A DNA stretch of 64,000 bases from assembly GCF_006345805.1 (NCBI RefSeq), contig NC_043002.1, forward strand, positions 73,284,001-73,348,000, written 5' to 3'. The stretch is from Octopus sinensis. Its lineage: Eukaryota. The notes under the pieces were generated by a model. It made no database searches, had not been told where the DNA came from, and saw nothing but the letters and a program-made list of their open reading frames with translations. The position numbers and the translations under genes are program-made. Below, piece by piece: positions 26,685-40,876 of this stretch (the first letter of the stretch is position 1; each line of letters opens with the position of its first letter).

Positions 26685-26810
26685 TACGCAATAAAGGGTT
26701 TAGCAACGAATTGCCTTACCACATACCGAATTTAGAAATAGCAGTCAAAGAGTTATAGCTATTTCTTCTACTAAAAGGGAGATCTCAGTAAAAACAGCAA
26801 TATATATATA

Positions 26811-26981
26811 GGCTTAGTAGTAGCTATGTGGTAAGTAGCTTGCTTACCAACCACATGGTTCTGGGTTCAGCCCCACTGCATGGTACCTTGGGCAAGTGTC
26901 TTCTACTATAGACTCAGGCTGACCAAAACCTTGTGAGGGGATCTGGTAGATGGAAACTGAACGAAGCCCATCGTATATATG

Positions 26982-27024
<43 letters not shown>

Positions 27025-27230
27025 ATGATTGTGTCTGTGTTTGTCCCACCAACATCGCTTGCCAACCGATGCTGGTGTGTTTACGTCCCCGTAACTTAGC
27101 GGTTCGGCAAAAGAGACCAATAGAATAAGTACTAGGCTTACAAAGAATATGCTCTGGGGGTCGATTTGCTCGACTATAAAGGCGGTGCTCCAGCATGGCC
27201 GCAGTCAAATGACTGAAACAAGTAAAAGAG
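26811..27230 (+). mobile_element. SINE family A
   Basis: Full-length copy. Confidence 0.85.
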
Positions 27231-28275
27231 CATATTTTATGCGATATACAAAAGAATTAAATGGTTATGAATTAAATTTGATACTACAAATATGAAAATA
27301 TCATTTATTCCTCTTCTACATTTTATTTCAATGTTGGGATTTGCGAAATTAGTTTATCGCCTCCTATAAGTTCATTAGTCAAACAGATAAAGGGTAGATT
27401 AAAATTATAACGAATTAAAGGGTAGAAATATAATGCTTTAAAGTTTAGCAAATGGTCTTTAGTACAGACAAGTTAATTAGTAGTTGTATAAACAAAGGTA
27501 CCCACAGTATGTGGAATTGCACCTATGTAATCATCATCAAAGTAAAATAGTAAATCAATAAATATCAGAACCATTGCAATAGTCAGAGACAACTAGCAGG
27601 CCTTTATCCAAGCAGACTCGAAGAATGATTTCAGTGGTGAAATCTCAGAGCTGACTCATTGGCATTACGCCATTTCTAATTTATGCATCACAGACTAAAT
27701 AAATATTCAATATTTTTTTTTATATTTCATCTAAGAATTTATATAATCCATTTATACAACACATAGTTGCAGACACGAACTGAATAATTAAGAAGCTTGT
27801 TTTGCAACCATGTAGCTTCAGGTTCAGTTTCAATGCAAGGCACCTCAGGCAAGTATTTTCTATTATAGTCCCTGGGTCAACCAAAAGTTGTGAGTGAAAT
27901 TGGCAGACAGAAATTGACAGAAGTCCGTTGTGTGAGAGTGAGCGAGTGTGTGAGAGTGAGTATGAGAGTGCGTGAGTAAGTGCGTTTGTATGCACATATG
28001 TGTATGCGTGTGTACCCTTGTGTTGGTGTCATGTGATGATTATAAATGATCGGCACAGTCATACAAGCAATATTGATTGTTTCCATGAAATATCTGTTTG
28101 GCCAAGACATATTACCCTACTTGAAAAACAGGTGAGGGTTGGCAACAGGAAGGCCATCCAACCAAAGAAAATCTACATCAGTGAATTCCACCAACCCATG
28201 CAAGCATAGGACAATAGACATTAGATTACAATGGGTGTGTGTGAGTATATATACATACATACATATGCACACATT

Positions 28276-28340
<65 letters not shown>

Positions 28341-29529
28341 TAGAGAAAAACCACCTTTTATCAATTCAATAATGAAAAATTAAATTACACCATCTAGAAA
28401 ATTACATATAGAAAGATTAAATATAAGATAAAACATAACAATGATTAAGTAATGTGCAAAATAATAAATAAAATGTATATATTTGGTAGAATAATGACAT
28501 GTTTTGTGGCTATATTTAAGAAGTGATTATAGTAAAAATATTAGTAGTAGTAAAATCACTTTAATATAAATATAGCCACTCATCAGGTTAAAGATGACTA
28601 CAATAATAAATTAATCTTGTAAAATACAAATATATTCTTTAATATATATATATATATATAATATATATATATATATATTTATTTATTTATTTATTTATTT
28701 ATTTATTACACACACACACTCTCTCTCAAATATAATCACATACTGGCAATGACTAAATGAATGAAGTATAGACTTTCCATCATCAATAACACGGAAGCCC
28801 CTCTTAGCTTCTTTACCATTCTGATCACAGGCACCCTTTAACAATTAACCTATTAACACATCAGTTTCTGGAACTATTTCTAAACCATGAGGACTGTTAC
28901 GAAAATAGTTATTGATTAACCCACAGGTCAGCCTTGATTAAACAGAGTTATGATCAAAGAAATTCCAGCCTTAACAACCCTGTCTTTTTGTGTATCTAAG
29001 TTTTACTTATTTTTATTTTTAGCAAAGAAGACAAGCAGAGTCCATGACACTATACAGATTGGTGAAAGAGAAGGAGATATTCTTAAACAAGAGATCTGAC
29101 CTGAATGCTTGCAATAGGGTGGACGCTACTAAAGATGTCAGATGGTGAAGTTAATCCTTTCACCCTTGGTTCAACAATATAAACTTGCCCTTTTACAGTA
29201 ATCTAAATTTAAAATTTCCCCATAAAATTTGATGTTGATTTATGTTCCAAACACTAGCCTAATAATGACAAAATCATTTTACTCAATTCTTCTTTTCAAA
29301 ATTATTTGAAACAAAAGCACCATATTTCAACAGAAATATGGTAACGAAAGAGTTAAAGTGGATGACAGATTAAGTCTACCACCCAAGTGGATTTCAGAAC
29401 ATTGGCCATAGAATAATCCTGGTTGATTAGAGTATAAATTTAATTTAGTCCTGCATCTACTTTAACTGCTTTGATACCAACCTGCTTCAGACTGCTCCAG
29501 GTTCTACTATTCTTTTTGCTTTTATTTGT

Positions 29530-29762
29530 TTTGTTTCAGTCATTTAACTGTGGCCATGCTGGAGCACCGCCTTTTAGTTGAGCAAATTGACCCCAGGACT
29601 TATTGTTTGGAAGCCTAGTACTTATTCTATCGGTCTCTTTTGCCGAACCGTGAAGTTATGGGGATGTAAACACACCAGCATCGGTTGTCAAGCAATGTTG
29701 GGAGGGGGGACAAACACAGACATACATATATATATACACACACACACACACTTCGTGCTGCA

Positions 29763-29833
<71 letters not shown>

Positions 29834-29950
29834 ATATATATATAGCCCGAGGGTATAGTAGAAGACACTTGCCCAAGGTGTCACGCAGTGGGACTGGATC
29901 CAGAACCATGTGGTTGGTAAGCAAGCTACTTACCACACAGCCACTCCTAC
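29530..29950 (-). mobile_element. SINE family A
   Basis: Full-length reverse copy with an expanded microsatellite. Confidence 0.85.
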
Positions 29951-31915
29951 ATCAGTACTAACTTCTTATTTTAAAGTAATCTAAATTAAATTCCTTCATT
30001 AAAATTTCATGTTAATTTGTGTCCCCCCAAAAAGTATAATAATGATCATCATTATCATTTAAAGTCTGTTGTCCATGCTGGCATAGGTTGTTATTTTATT
30101 ATATTTATTATTTTAAAAATTAATTGGAACAAAGGCCAAGTATTTCAAAGCGAATATGGTAACAAAAGGGTTAACTTCTAAAGAGAAAACAGTTTAAGAG
30201 TGGATTATGTCAGCAGATGGAGATAATCATTCAAGCATTTGTTTTTTATTGAAATAATTGAATGATGAGCTATTTCTATAAGGCAGAGTGATCCATCATT
30301 TAGTTCTTTAAAAGGAATTATGTAAAAATCAAATTCAATATTTGTAAAATCTGAATATTCATAACTTGAGTACCATTGATGGCCTAAGGCTTTGATTGTG
30401 AGTAGAGGGATGATGGATTCATCTAACAAATACAGAAGTTTTAAGGATGGTAGCACAATAGGAAAATGATTCTGAGAAAAAACTTCAAATTGTTTCAATT
30501 TTTTTGTCTTTCAGTGGTTACAAATAAAGAAAATTTATAGGCTTATTAGCATTATTGTAATTATATATTACTAATGTTAAAATAATAGTAAGAATAAACA
30601 TGGAATGCAAAGTGCCAAGAAAACCATGAGGCATTCTGTCAAACTATTGACTTTGCCCATTTACTGCCAATCTAAAATTGGCATTATTTAACATAGCCTT
30701 CCCTTTTAAAGCAGTGTGATTTAAAAGAAAGTTAACTGCTATTTCTAGCAACTAGAGCTATAATATCAAGGCATTCTCATTGATGTATGGATGTACAACC
30801 AGACAGAAAAGTAAAAAGTCTAATTTTAAATGCTTTTAATCTGATGTTATATATTCTCCCAGTGTTGTAAGAACCATTCTACTATGAAATGGCAACAATA
30901 GCATAGTTAAAACATGAGAAGTAAAAGTAAAATGACCAAGAATGTTGTTATAACAATACATGTCATTATTACATGTTACTGCATGATTCAGTGATAATCT
31001 GAGATAACCAAGTTATGTAAGCTTAGAAAACCTCTAAGAATTAGCAGTATTAGATACTTCCTGTCAGAAAGTAGTTGTATATTAATAGTTAAGATTTTTT
31101 CTAAGTGTTTCTGTTTGTGAATCCAAGAACTGGGCAAGTATTTGTTAGTCATTAGTATAAAATGACAGAAACGCTTGTAAAGAAAAACAAAGAGAAACTT
31201 ATTATTTTAATTTTAAAATTCCTCTAACAGATCTTAGATTGAGAAGGAACAAGAAAAACCATTTTACATTGCTTTCAAACCTGCAGAAAGAAAAAACATT
31301 TGCAAGAAAAAGAATTGTTCCACTATTTCTATTTTTTATATTAGCTTCAGTCATTGGACTTCTGTCAAGGGTTTACTCTATCATATTGACCTCAGCACCT
31401 ATTTTATCAATCTCTATTTGTCAAAGCACTAGGCAGGTTCATAAACAGTTGTAAACAGAGGCACGGACAAGAATTATCATCATCATTTATGAACTGCTTT
31501 CCATGTTGACATGGGTTGGACATTTTGACAGGAGCTAGCAAGTCAAAGACTGCACCATGGTCTAGTACCTGGTCTGGCATAATTTCTACAGCTAATTACC
31601 CTTCCTAATGCCAACACCTTTATAGAATGAACTAAATGTTTTTTTTTTATGTAGCACCAGCAGCAGTGAGGTCACCAAGTAACCTGCAAGACCCTTCAAA
31701 TACACACACAGACCTACAAACACACCTCTTTTTTGAATTACAGGATTGTCACACACAGTGTCATGCTGATTCTGTCCAAGAATTACCATAAGGGAATTCA
31801 TGACTGTGGAATACTCAATCAATCACATGCTAATCTATTGAGCACGCTCAATTGATCAGACACCTGAATCCTCCCTGTCAAAACCAATAGAGATCTCTGT
31901 GTGTGTGTGTGTGTG

Positions 31916-31950
<35 letters not shown>

Positions 31951-33059
31951 CACGCGCGCACACTTTGATGAATTCAGAAGAAGAGCTTGCAATAACTGAT
32001 TAGCTCCTTTGATGTTTATTTCACCTAGAGTGGGTGTATTATTGGCTCAATAACTGCCAAAACAACTGGATGGTTTCATAAATATTTAATCCTCTTTACA
32101 AAGGAAGAGCAATTAAGATACTCATTTCATCAGATATGGCTAATGAGTATCTAATTGTTTTCCCATTGTAAAGAGAATTAATTATTTATGAAACCATCAG
32201 GTAATTTTGGTGGTTATGGAACTAAATTTTTAAAAAATTCTACACACACATATATATATATATATATTGTTGTTATGTTAAACTGTCGTATGTTCAAATT
32301 TGGTCAAATGCGTTTTTTTCAATATTTAATTTTGCTTGCATTAGCTGGTTATTTTGGTCAAATTATCCTATTTCCAGCTGCTTCAGATGCCAAGATATCA
32401 AAAATTGTCAAAGTGTAGTACAACAGTTTTTATTTCTTTATTGCCCACAAGGGGCTAAAAACAGAGGGGACAAACAAGGACAAAGGGATTAAGTCGATTA
32501 CATTGACCCCAGTGCGTAACTGGTACTTAATTTATTGACCCCAAAAGAATGAAAGGGAAAGTCGACCTTGGCGGAATTTGAACTCAGAATGTAACGCTAG
32601 ACAAAATACCGCTAAGCATTTTGCCTGGTGTGCTAACGGTTCTGCTAGCTTGTCGCTGTTTTGCTATGGAATGGTGAAACTATTTTTTTGTTTTCTGAAA
32701 AAACAACATTTTGGGCTTACGACATTTTGCATAATAGCAACGATTTATATTTCACTTGTATGTCTTTACACTACGGACATGAAGAATTTTTAGTCAAAAG
32801 AATCAACCCCAGTACTTATTTCTTTTTTGAAGCCTGGCTGTCATTCTATCAGTCTCTTTTGCCAAAGCGCTAGGTTACAGTGACAAACACCAATTATCAA
32901 GCAGTAGTGGGGGACAAATCCAAAGACACACATATACGACAGGCTTCTTTTAGTTTCTATCTACCAAATCCACTCACAAGACTTTGGTCAATTCAAGGTT
33001 ATAGTAGAAGACACTCGCCTATGTGGTTAGAAAGCAAGCTTCTTATCACACAGCACCTG

Positions 33060-34470
33060 TATATCTCTCTCTCTCTCTCTCGATATATATATATATATAT
33101 ATTTTTACACACACACATATACATACAAACAGCTACACCAGCACATGTATACATACATACATACATTATATATATATATATATATATATATACATACATA
33201 CATACACATATATATATACATACATACATACACATATATATACACAGATATATGTATATATATACATACATACACATATATATCACAGATATATTATATA
33301 TATACATACATCACATATAATTACACAGATATATGTTATATATTATACACATACACATATATATACACAGATATATGTATATATATACATACATACACAT
33401 ATATATATACACAGATATATGTATATATATACATACTACACATATATATATACCAGATATATGTATATATATATACATACATACACATATATATACACAG
33501 ATATATGTATATATATATACATACATACACATATATATACACAGATATATGTATATATATATACATACATACATATACACAGATATATGTATATATATAT
33601 ACATACATACACATATATATACACAGATATATGTATATATATATACATACATACACATATATATACACAGATATATGTATATATATATATACATACATAC
33701 ACATATATATACACAGATATATGTATATATATACATACATACATACACATATATATACACAGATATATGTACATACATACATACACATATATATACACAG
33801 ATATATGTATATATATACATACATACATACACATATATATACACAGATATATGTATATATATACATACATACACATATATATACACAGATATATGTATAT
33901 ATATATACATACATACACATATATATACACAGATATATGTATATATATATACATACATACACATATATATACACAGATATATGTATATATATATACATAC
34001 ATACACATATATATACACAGATATATGTATATATATATTATACATACATACATATATATACACAGATATATGTATATATAATACATACATACACAATATA
34101 TACACACAGATATATGTATACATACATACATACACATATACATACACAGATATAGTATATATAATAAACATACATACATACACATATACATACACATATA
34201 TATATATATATATATCACAGATATATGTATATATATACATATATGTATATATATACATATATGTATATATATACATATATGTATATATATACATATATGT
34301 ATATATATACATATATATGTATATATATACATATATATGTATATATATACATATATATGTATATATATACATATATATGTATATATATACATATATATGT
34401 ATATATATACATATATATGTATATATACATATATGTATATTATATACATATATATGTATATATATACATA
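33060..34470. repeat. TA/CA-derived compound minisatellite
   Basis: Roughly 20 units of about 42 bp (ACATACATACACATATATATACACAGATATATGTATATATATAT), then 18-20-bp units (ATATATGTATATATATAC). This is the source of the long Y/I/H/T spurious ORFs. Confidence 0.95.
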
Positions 34471-37400
34471 CAGCCTTACACACGCACACATCCTCTAACC
34501 AAATTCCATTCAGACAGTATTGGTTACCTGCCAAACAGTGAGATCAAACAAGAACTGCATGATTGCAAAACAAAATTCCTGAATCATACAAGCATGTCTA
34601 TATCTTTATTCATATTTATTCTGCCAGCTTCAAAAAAAAAAAAAAAAAATCAATCTAAAGACAGGTTCTATTAAGTTCCATTTGCTTTGCAGTCTTCAGT
34701 TCATTTTGGTACGAGATCTTACTGACATTTGGAAGTGGTCATTTTTTTGACATGAATCCAACTGAGGAATTATCAGGATGTTTGATGACATTTGCCATCT
34801 TTTAACACAGAAACACATTTAGCTTAAACTTTCTCCACCCAATAAAATGTACCTGCTATCCATCCGGTGATCTACCTCTCCAAAATAAAAACACTTGGGT
34901 CAGAGTCAAAAACGAAAATTAAAATCAAAGTAACTTTAGAGCATAAATTGACATACAGAATTGAGTCAGCTGTACGTTCACGCTAATGTTAATTTATGCA
35001 ACAGATCGAAAAAGGTGCAAGTTGTGCATAAAGCTATGAAATTATTAAAATTATTTTTAAAACAAGCAAATCGCCATTTAACATCTACTTTTCCACGCGT
35101 GCCTGGGTCAGTCAGAGATCGTTGGGGCAGATTTTCTACAAATGAATGCTTTTCCTGTTGCTAACCCTCACCCGTTTTCAAGTAAAGTGATGTTTCCCCA
35201 CGGGCAGGCATATTTTCACCGAAGATTGGAAAGAAAAGGAAAATGTTTAGTATTAAGGTGATACTCATATTACAACTAACTAACGCACGATATCAAGACA
35301 AGGAGACATAAACACACACCACACGTACGTACATATATTTAAATACACACATATGTACACATAGGACAGGCATCTTTCAGTTTTAGACAACGAAATTCAC
35401 TCACCAACCATGAAAAAGAAATAAACTTGAATAAATTTATAACGGAAATTTTAAGAATCATTTGAGAGAAAAGAGATTATCTTCAACGTAGGTAATTTGA
35501 GCTGGAGGATATAATTTCAAAACTACATATCCGAGTCAAATTCCCCATCAGAGAAACATAAGTGTCACATAAAATCTACTTAAAGGAACCAAAAGCAAAA
35601 AATACTATAAAGATATGTCTGCTGAATAGATCGACAGCATTCTCCAGTCTCTATCCCCTCCCATATAACGTAATGGTTGAGCAAGAATTATGTCAGTCGC
35701 CTGTACGTAGTATATGTTCAGAGATGAAAAAAAAAGTGTATATGTAACAACTTCTCTATGTACACTTACATATGGTTGTAACTGATGGTGCTCTTCAAAC
35801 TTTATGAAAGAAAGAGAATTTATTTTTCGGGACCCCCACCATCCTCAGTAAAATTGCTTTTGAACATAGAACTTCGTATCCAGTATAAAGAGAAAGAGCC
35901 TGGTCAAAGGAATTTTTCTTTACTTTTTTTTTTTTGTAACAATAAGTGAGGAGAAGACATCATCATGATGATATTGACAGAAGTAAAAAAAAAAAAAAAA
36001 AAGACTAAATCTTTGAGACACTCCAAAATAAAAGGATATAAATTCTCAGAAGGAACAACTCAGAACTTGGCGTCACATTATTGAATATCCCCGAATCCCC
36101 ACCTAACAATACCTCCCTCCCGCCCTCACACATTCACATACACTACTATAGATTCCATTTCGATTTGAAGAGTACAATATCTATTGAAGGGAAGTCGTAT
36201 CTGAAATGAAATAATGTCATGTCATACCGACCTAGACTCAAAATATGAGACCGGGAAGAGGAGAAAGGGTAGGAGTAGGGGTAGGGTAGTCGGACATGTG
36301 ATGCGAATGGGGGGGAAGGGCGGGGAAAATGAGGAAGAGGTGGGGGGACTCGATATTATAATGTAGCTGAGAACTTCCTTCATAAGGGGAAATATGACAA
36401 AGCAAGAAAGAGCTCCCCCTCTCTTTTCTGGTCTTTAAAACCCAGAAAAGTCAAGAGAAGGGTCGGTCGTTCTGACTTAAAACCAAGGATAAAAAATAAA
36501 ATAATAAAATGCCAAATTAAGATACGCCAAGGTTAGTGTGACAAAAAAATGTCAAAATGGAAAAAAAGACCATTAAAGAATTTCCATGAGGATTTCTAAA
36601 CAAAAAATACTTATTGCAATAACTTTAAAGACAATAAAAACAATACAGGTTGTTTGTTTAGCCACAGATCAATCATAATCGAGAAAACCCATAAAAAAAA
36701 ACCTATTCCAACAATCAGGTATTTTATTCGGTGATTTATCAAGGACTAGATCGTTTAATGCCCTTCCCATTTTGCTTTTAAAAGGTGGTGTTGTTCGTCA
36801 TACTTTTGACATTTGGCTGCCATTTCTAACAGGTCAAGTGATCACATACCGGCTTGTCTCTTTCTTTTACACAGGTTATTATTTAGCCCCAGGTCAGCTC
36901 TGATTCAGCAAACCTATGATATAAAACGTTCCGACGGTGACCATTCAATCATTTCTTTGTATATCTACAACTGCATTGTCCAATGTATCCTTCACTTTTA
37001 AAGACGGTTGAAGGCCTGCTCGGGAGATTTTCATTTTTTTTTCTTGCAAGCCGAACAACCATGTAATAACTATCTTGTTGGTCTCAAACAGGTTTTTCCG
37101 AGAAGCAGCAAAGCAACAATAGAAAATTTGGTTTGACATGTAAAGTAGGTAGGTCGTGAATGACTAATGAAATAAAATTTAGCAGGTATTGTTGCTGATA
37201 GAAAGTACCTACGATCAAATCAAGTTCCAGCCATGACTCACTCGCCCCCACCTTTTATTTTTTTTTCTTTCAATTTTATCCTTATATAGGTATAATTTTA
37301 TTTCTACTTTTAGCAGGTTTGTGCGACCAAATAGAGAGTTTGGTAACTGGTTCGTTTAACATAAAGTGTCTAGGTCAACTTCTGAACGAGCAGACAAATG

Positions 37401-40032
37401 ATCAAAGATGTTCCAATTGTGATCATCCTGTTTTTTCTTTCTTTTAGGCAGTGTATCTTCTTTAAAGCAGATTATGGTTTGAACGAGAATTTAGAGACGA
37501 GCTCTCTTGTTGGCACGTTCGGATTTGGTTCTTATTGGTGAACAGAACAAGAAAAATGTGTATGGATAGAGATAAAAATAGATTCTGTAAAAGCAACGAA
37601 CAACAAAAATGTAACTTTGTCATTCATTCCTTTTCGCAAATGTATTAAAGGCGAAAAGGAAGTAAAATCGCTTGACTGAAGATAGAAAGTGACACTTAAT
37701 TCGTGAATCGGCATATTACAAATTAATGGGAAATAGTGGTGGCGATTTAGTAGCGGACAACTATAGCTTTGGTAAAGAATGGCATCAGTTCTTGTTCTGC
37801 AATCAAAATCATGCAGAATGAAAGAGGAATATCTCTGTCCAACCTCATTTCATTAACCACATAAATATAAGTATTGATATTAATGTCTTCCAGATATTGC
37901 AACTAATTTAATTATTAAATAAGTCCAGTGATCTTTAATTAAAAAGCCGAAAGTATTGTATATGTTAATTAATAAAACAAAGGCACTTTAATCAACAATA
38001 GATCTAGTGATTTATTCAAAAATATATATTTTTGTATAAATCTGCATCTATTCCATGAATTCTCAAGGGGTTTGATTTTATAATAAATATTATCATAAGA
38101 CTGCAATTAAAAATAAAACATTTATTCTAAGATATTGTAAAACATGAAAATTTAACAACACCGGCGAAGCAGGTGACGTCGTCTTGTTATTAAAAAGATT
38201 TACACAAGGAAAATATTTTAGAGTTACAGTAGACTGACTGAGCAATAAGATTACGTGACATTCATGCATTTCTTTATGTTTTAAATGATACTATAATAAT
38301 GATTTTTACTTATAGGTAAAAATCGACAAATTTTCAAGCGAAGGTATGTAGTCGTCTTGATCATCTGATCGATGGTCAGAAACGTCTGGATATGTAAAGC
38401 CGGTTTACTGCACCCACACAACAGATATACACAGTCACACATGCATACATCCATATACACATATATATACACAAACACACACATATATTTAGAGAGAGAA
38501 AGAGACACACATGTATATGTATATATATATATATATAAAGAAAAAGAGAGAGGTGAGTGAGGGAGATAGATAAGAGATAAGATAAAGATAAATAGGAAAA
38601 GGTAGTAAGATAGCGGAAAGATGCCGGTTGGGGGTGAGGGGGTTAATTTTTCTACTAAGGTAAAAGCACATTTTTCTCCGAAAGATAAGACTTAAACACG
38701 CACACACACACAGAGTAGAATTTGAACATATTGACAAGTGTAATTGGTTAATGACAATAATTAATGCGGTGACTGAATAACATCCATGCATTGAACATGT
38801 GTGCTGTCAGAACTACCATGTTTCAGCAGCTCTAAAGAACCTTCGCGTTTTCGATTTCAACTAATGAGCTAAAAGACACGAGGTTAGTATGTATGTATGT
38901 AAGGGGAGGTTTGATAAGAACAATAAGATGTCGATAACGATGAAACAGCTCAAATTTATGTTAAAAACATGTCATTTTTATCACTTATTAAAGACAACGA
39001 GGAAGAAAAGGAGGGTAAAAAGAGGGAGATATAAAGAAAAAGAGAGAAAAAATGGAAAAGAGATAAAGAGAAAAATGGAAATTGAAAAAGGAAGGGAAAC
39101 AGAGAAAGGTTGAAAGATTTCTAGCTGAGAAGCAGTCGTAGAAATTGTGTGTAGTAGTAACTTGCAAGGTCTAGGGCAGCATTATAAATGATGATGATAG
39201 CGACTGACAACGGTCTACCATAACCTCTGCCACCGCTACCACACAGCAGTCTGAGCTCTCCCTCATTTACACATAGGATTTACTGATAAAACAGTCATGC
39301 TGAATCATTGTGACTTAAACAAGAAAAAAAAAAATACAAGATATAGTAATAATTTAGAAAAAAAAAACAAAAAAACTATACAAAGAATTAATGTTTTGAA
39401 TGTGTCATTTCCTTGAAATAAAATGAAAGGTAAAAATTGACACTAAAAAAAAATTAAAAACGAAATTAAAAATTCGGATAAGATACCCCGACTCTACTGT
39501 TTTATTTCAGATCAGTACATGAAATATGTACATTGTAGAGAAAATGTAGCATGAATAAAATTAGCCGGTTAATACCCTGCACAAAAAATGGGAAAGGAGG
39601 AAATTAACATGAAAATCCCCTAGAAGATGCGAAGGTTCAAGAGTTTCCTCTTCTTCGATAACATCATTCTAGTTTAATTTTAAAAAGGTGAAACATGCAA
39701 TAATAAATCGAAATGCTGTTGAAATGGCAGGTCGTTTACATTTCATGTTACAGGAGTAAAATTTAGAGAACAATTTCATAATAGCGAGATTAGGAGGAAT
39801 CCCAACTATGTTGGAGAGAGAAGATGCTAAAATGATTGCGGAAGCAAACGAACAATTGAATGAATGAGCTTGATATTCCCCTTATAAAAATAGTAACATT
39901 AAATGATTTCCTATTAATTCAACACCGATTCATTCATAGGTAAAATGCTAATATTTATTAATTTATGAAATTTTATAGATACGTTTCTCTATGTGAATGG
40001 ATATTGGAAGGATTGGGAAGTTACGGGCTTAC

Positions 40033-40876
40033 CTTGCTTAATTGATACAATTCTGCCAGTATGGGAAGTAAAGGTGACTTGTGGATGGCTGTCTTCGATA
40101 GTAAATAGTTCGTCTTTTGTGATGGCTCTGTTACGTGCCTTCATTACGGCAGTGTGTCCGACAGCGGTTAAGTAGCAACCGTCAACATCTTTCAGAGCTA
40201 GACCAGAGATTTGACCCGACTTGAGCTCAATTGTAAATAAAGTTTCTGGAGACAACTCCTCGACCAGATGGCCATCACGGTGTAAATACCGATTATCACA
40301 AGTGACCAGTGCATATTTGCCCTCGACAAATTTCAAAATGATCAAACAATCTTGGCCCCATGGAATCACCTCGGTAAATTGAATTTCGCCCTCCTCGGCT
40401 GCTAGACGGGCATAAACTTTCCTATTTACGTTTTTAAGGTTAACTTGTGGATGAATTGCTAATTGTAAGGTCCACCATTCTGTGGATGTGGGCGGCTTGT
40501 TATGTCCAATAACATTGTTATCGATTCCTCCCACATAACAACCATGTTCTACGTTCTTAATTGCCCACTGGCCCTTATCATTATATTCAATAGAAAACTT
40601 TTCCGAACGGCCTGGCTCTTCGCACTCTCCGGTAATATTTCCATATCTATCTGAAGACAGGTATCGACCTAAGTGGCTCCGAATGTAGACTACCTCCTCT
40701 TTCGGGTCTTGCTCCAATGTCCATGCTTGTCTTTTCTTTAAACCCGTTCCAGAAGCATTTATCTTATGACCGAATGTCTCAGCTGTTAAGTATTTCTGCT
40801 CTGAATTAATAAATCCAACTTTCCACTGAAGGCTCGTCAAGTTATTCCTGTGTCCGTTTAATCCGTTTTCTGACAT
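40033..40876 (-). CDS. FSCN1: Fascin (singed/FSCN1-like actin-bundling protein), first coding exon: beta-trefoils 1-2 and start of 3
   Basis: ORF 39989..40876 has fascin motifs (WKVGFINSEQKYLTAETFG, LKKRQAWTLEQ, IRSHLGRYL, WTLQLAIHPQVNL, PWGQD, KDELFTIEDSHPQV, VSIKQG). ATG = cat at 40874-40876. Similarity ends at IKQ-G, followed by minus-strand GTAAG (+ strand ac at 40031-40032). The exon is 844 nt, phase 1, which as I recall matches the vertebrate FSCN1 intron-1 position. The symbol denotes family orthology only. Confidence 0.95.

Noticed and set aside
33023-34674. Long ORFs of 220-407 aa on both strands
   Set aside because: Translations of a TA/CA satellite (Y/I/H/T/C repeats) that happens to lack stops; not genes.
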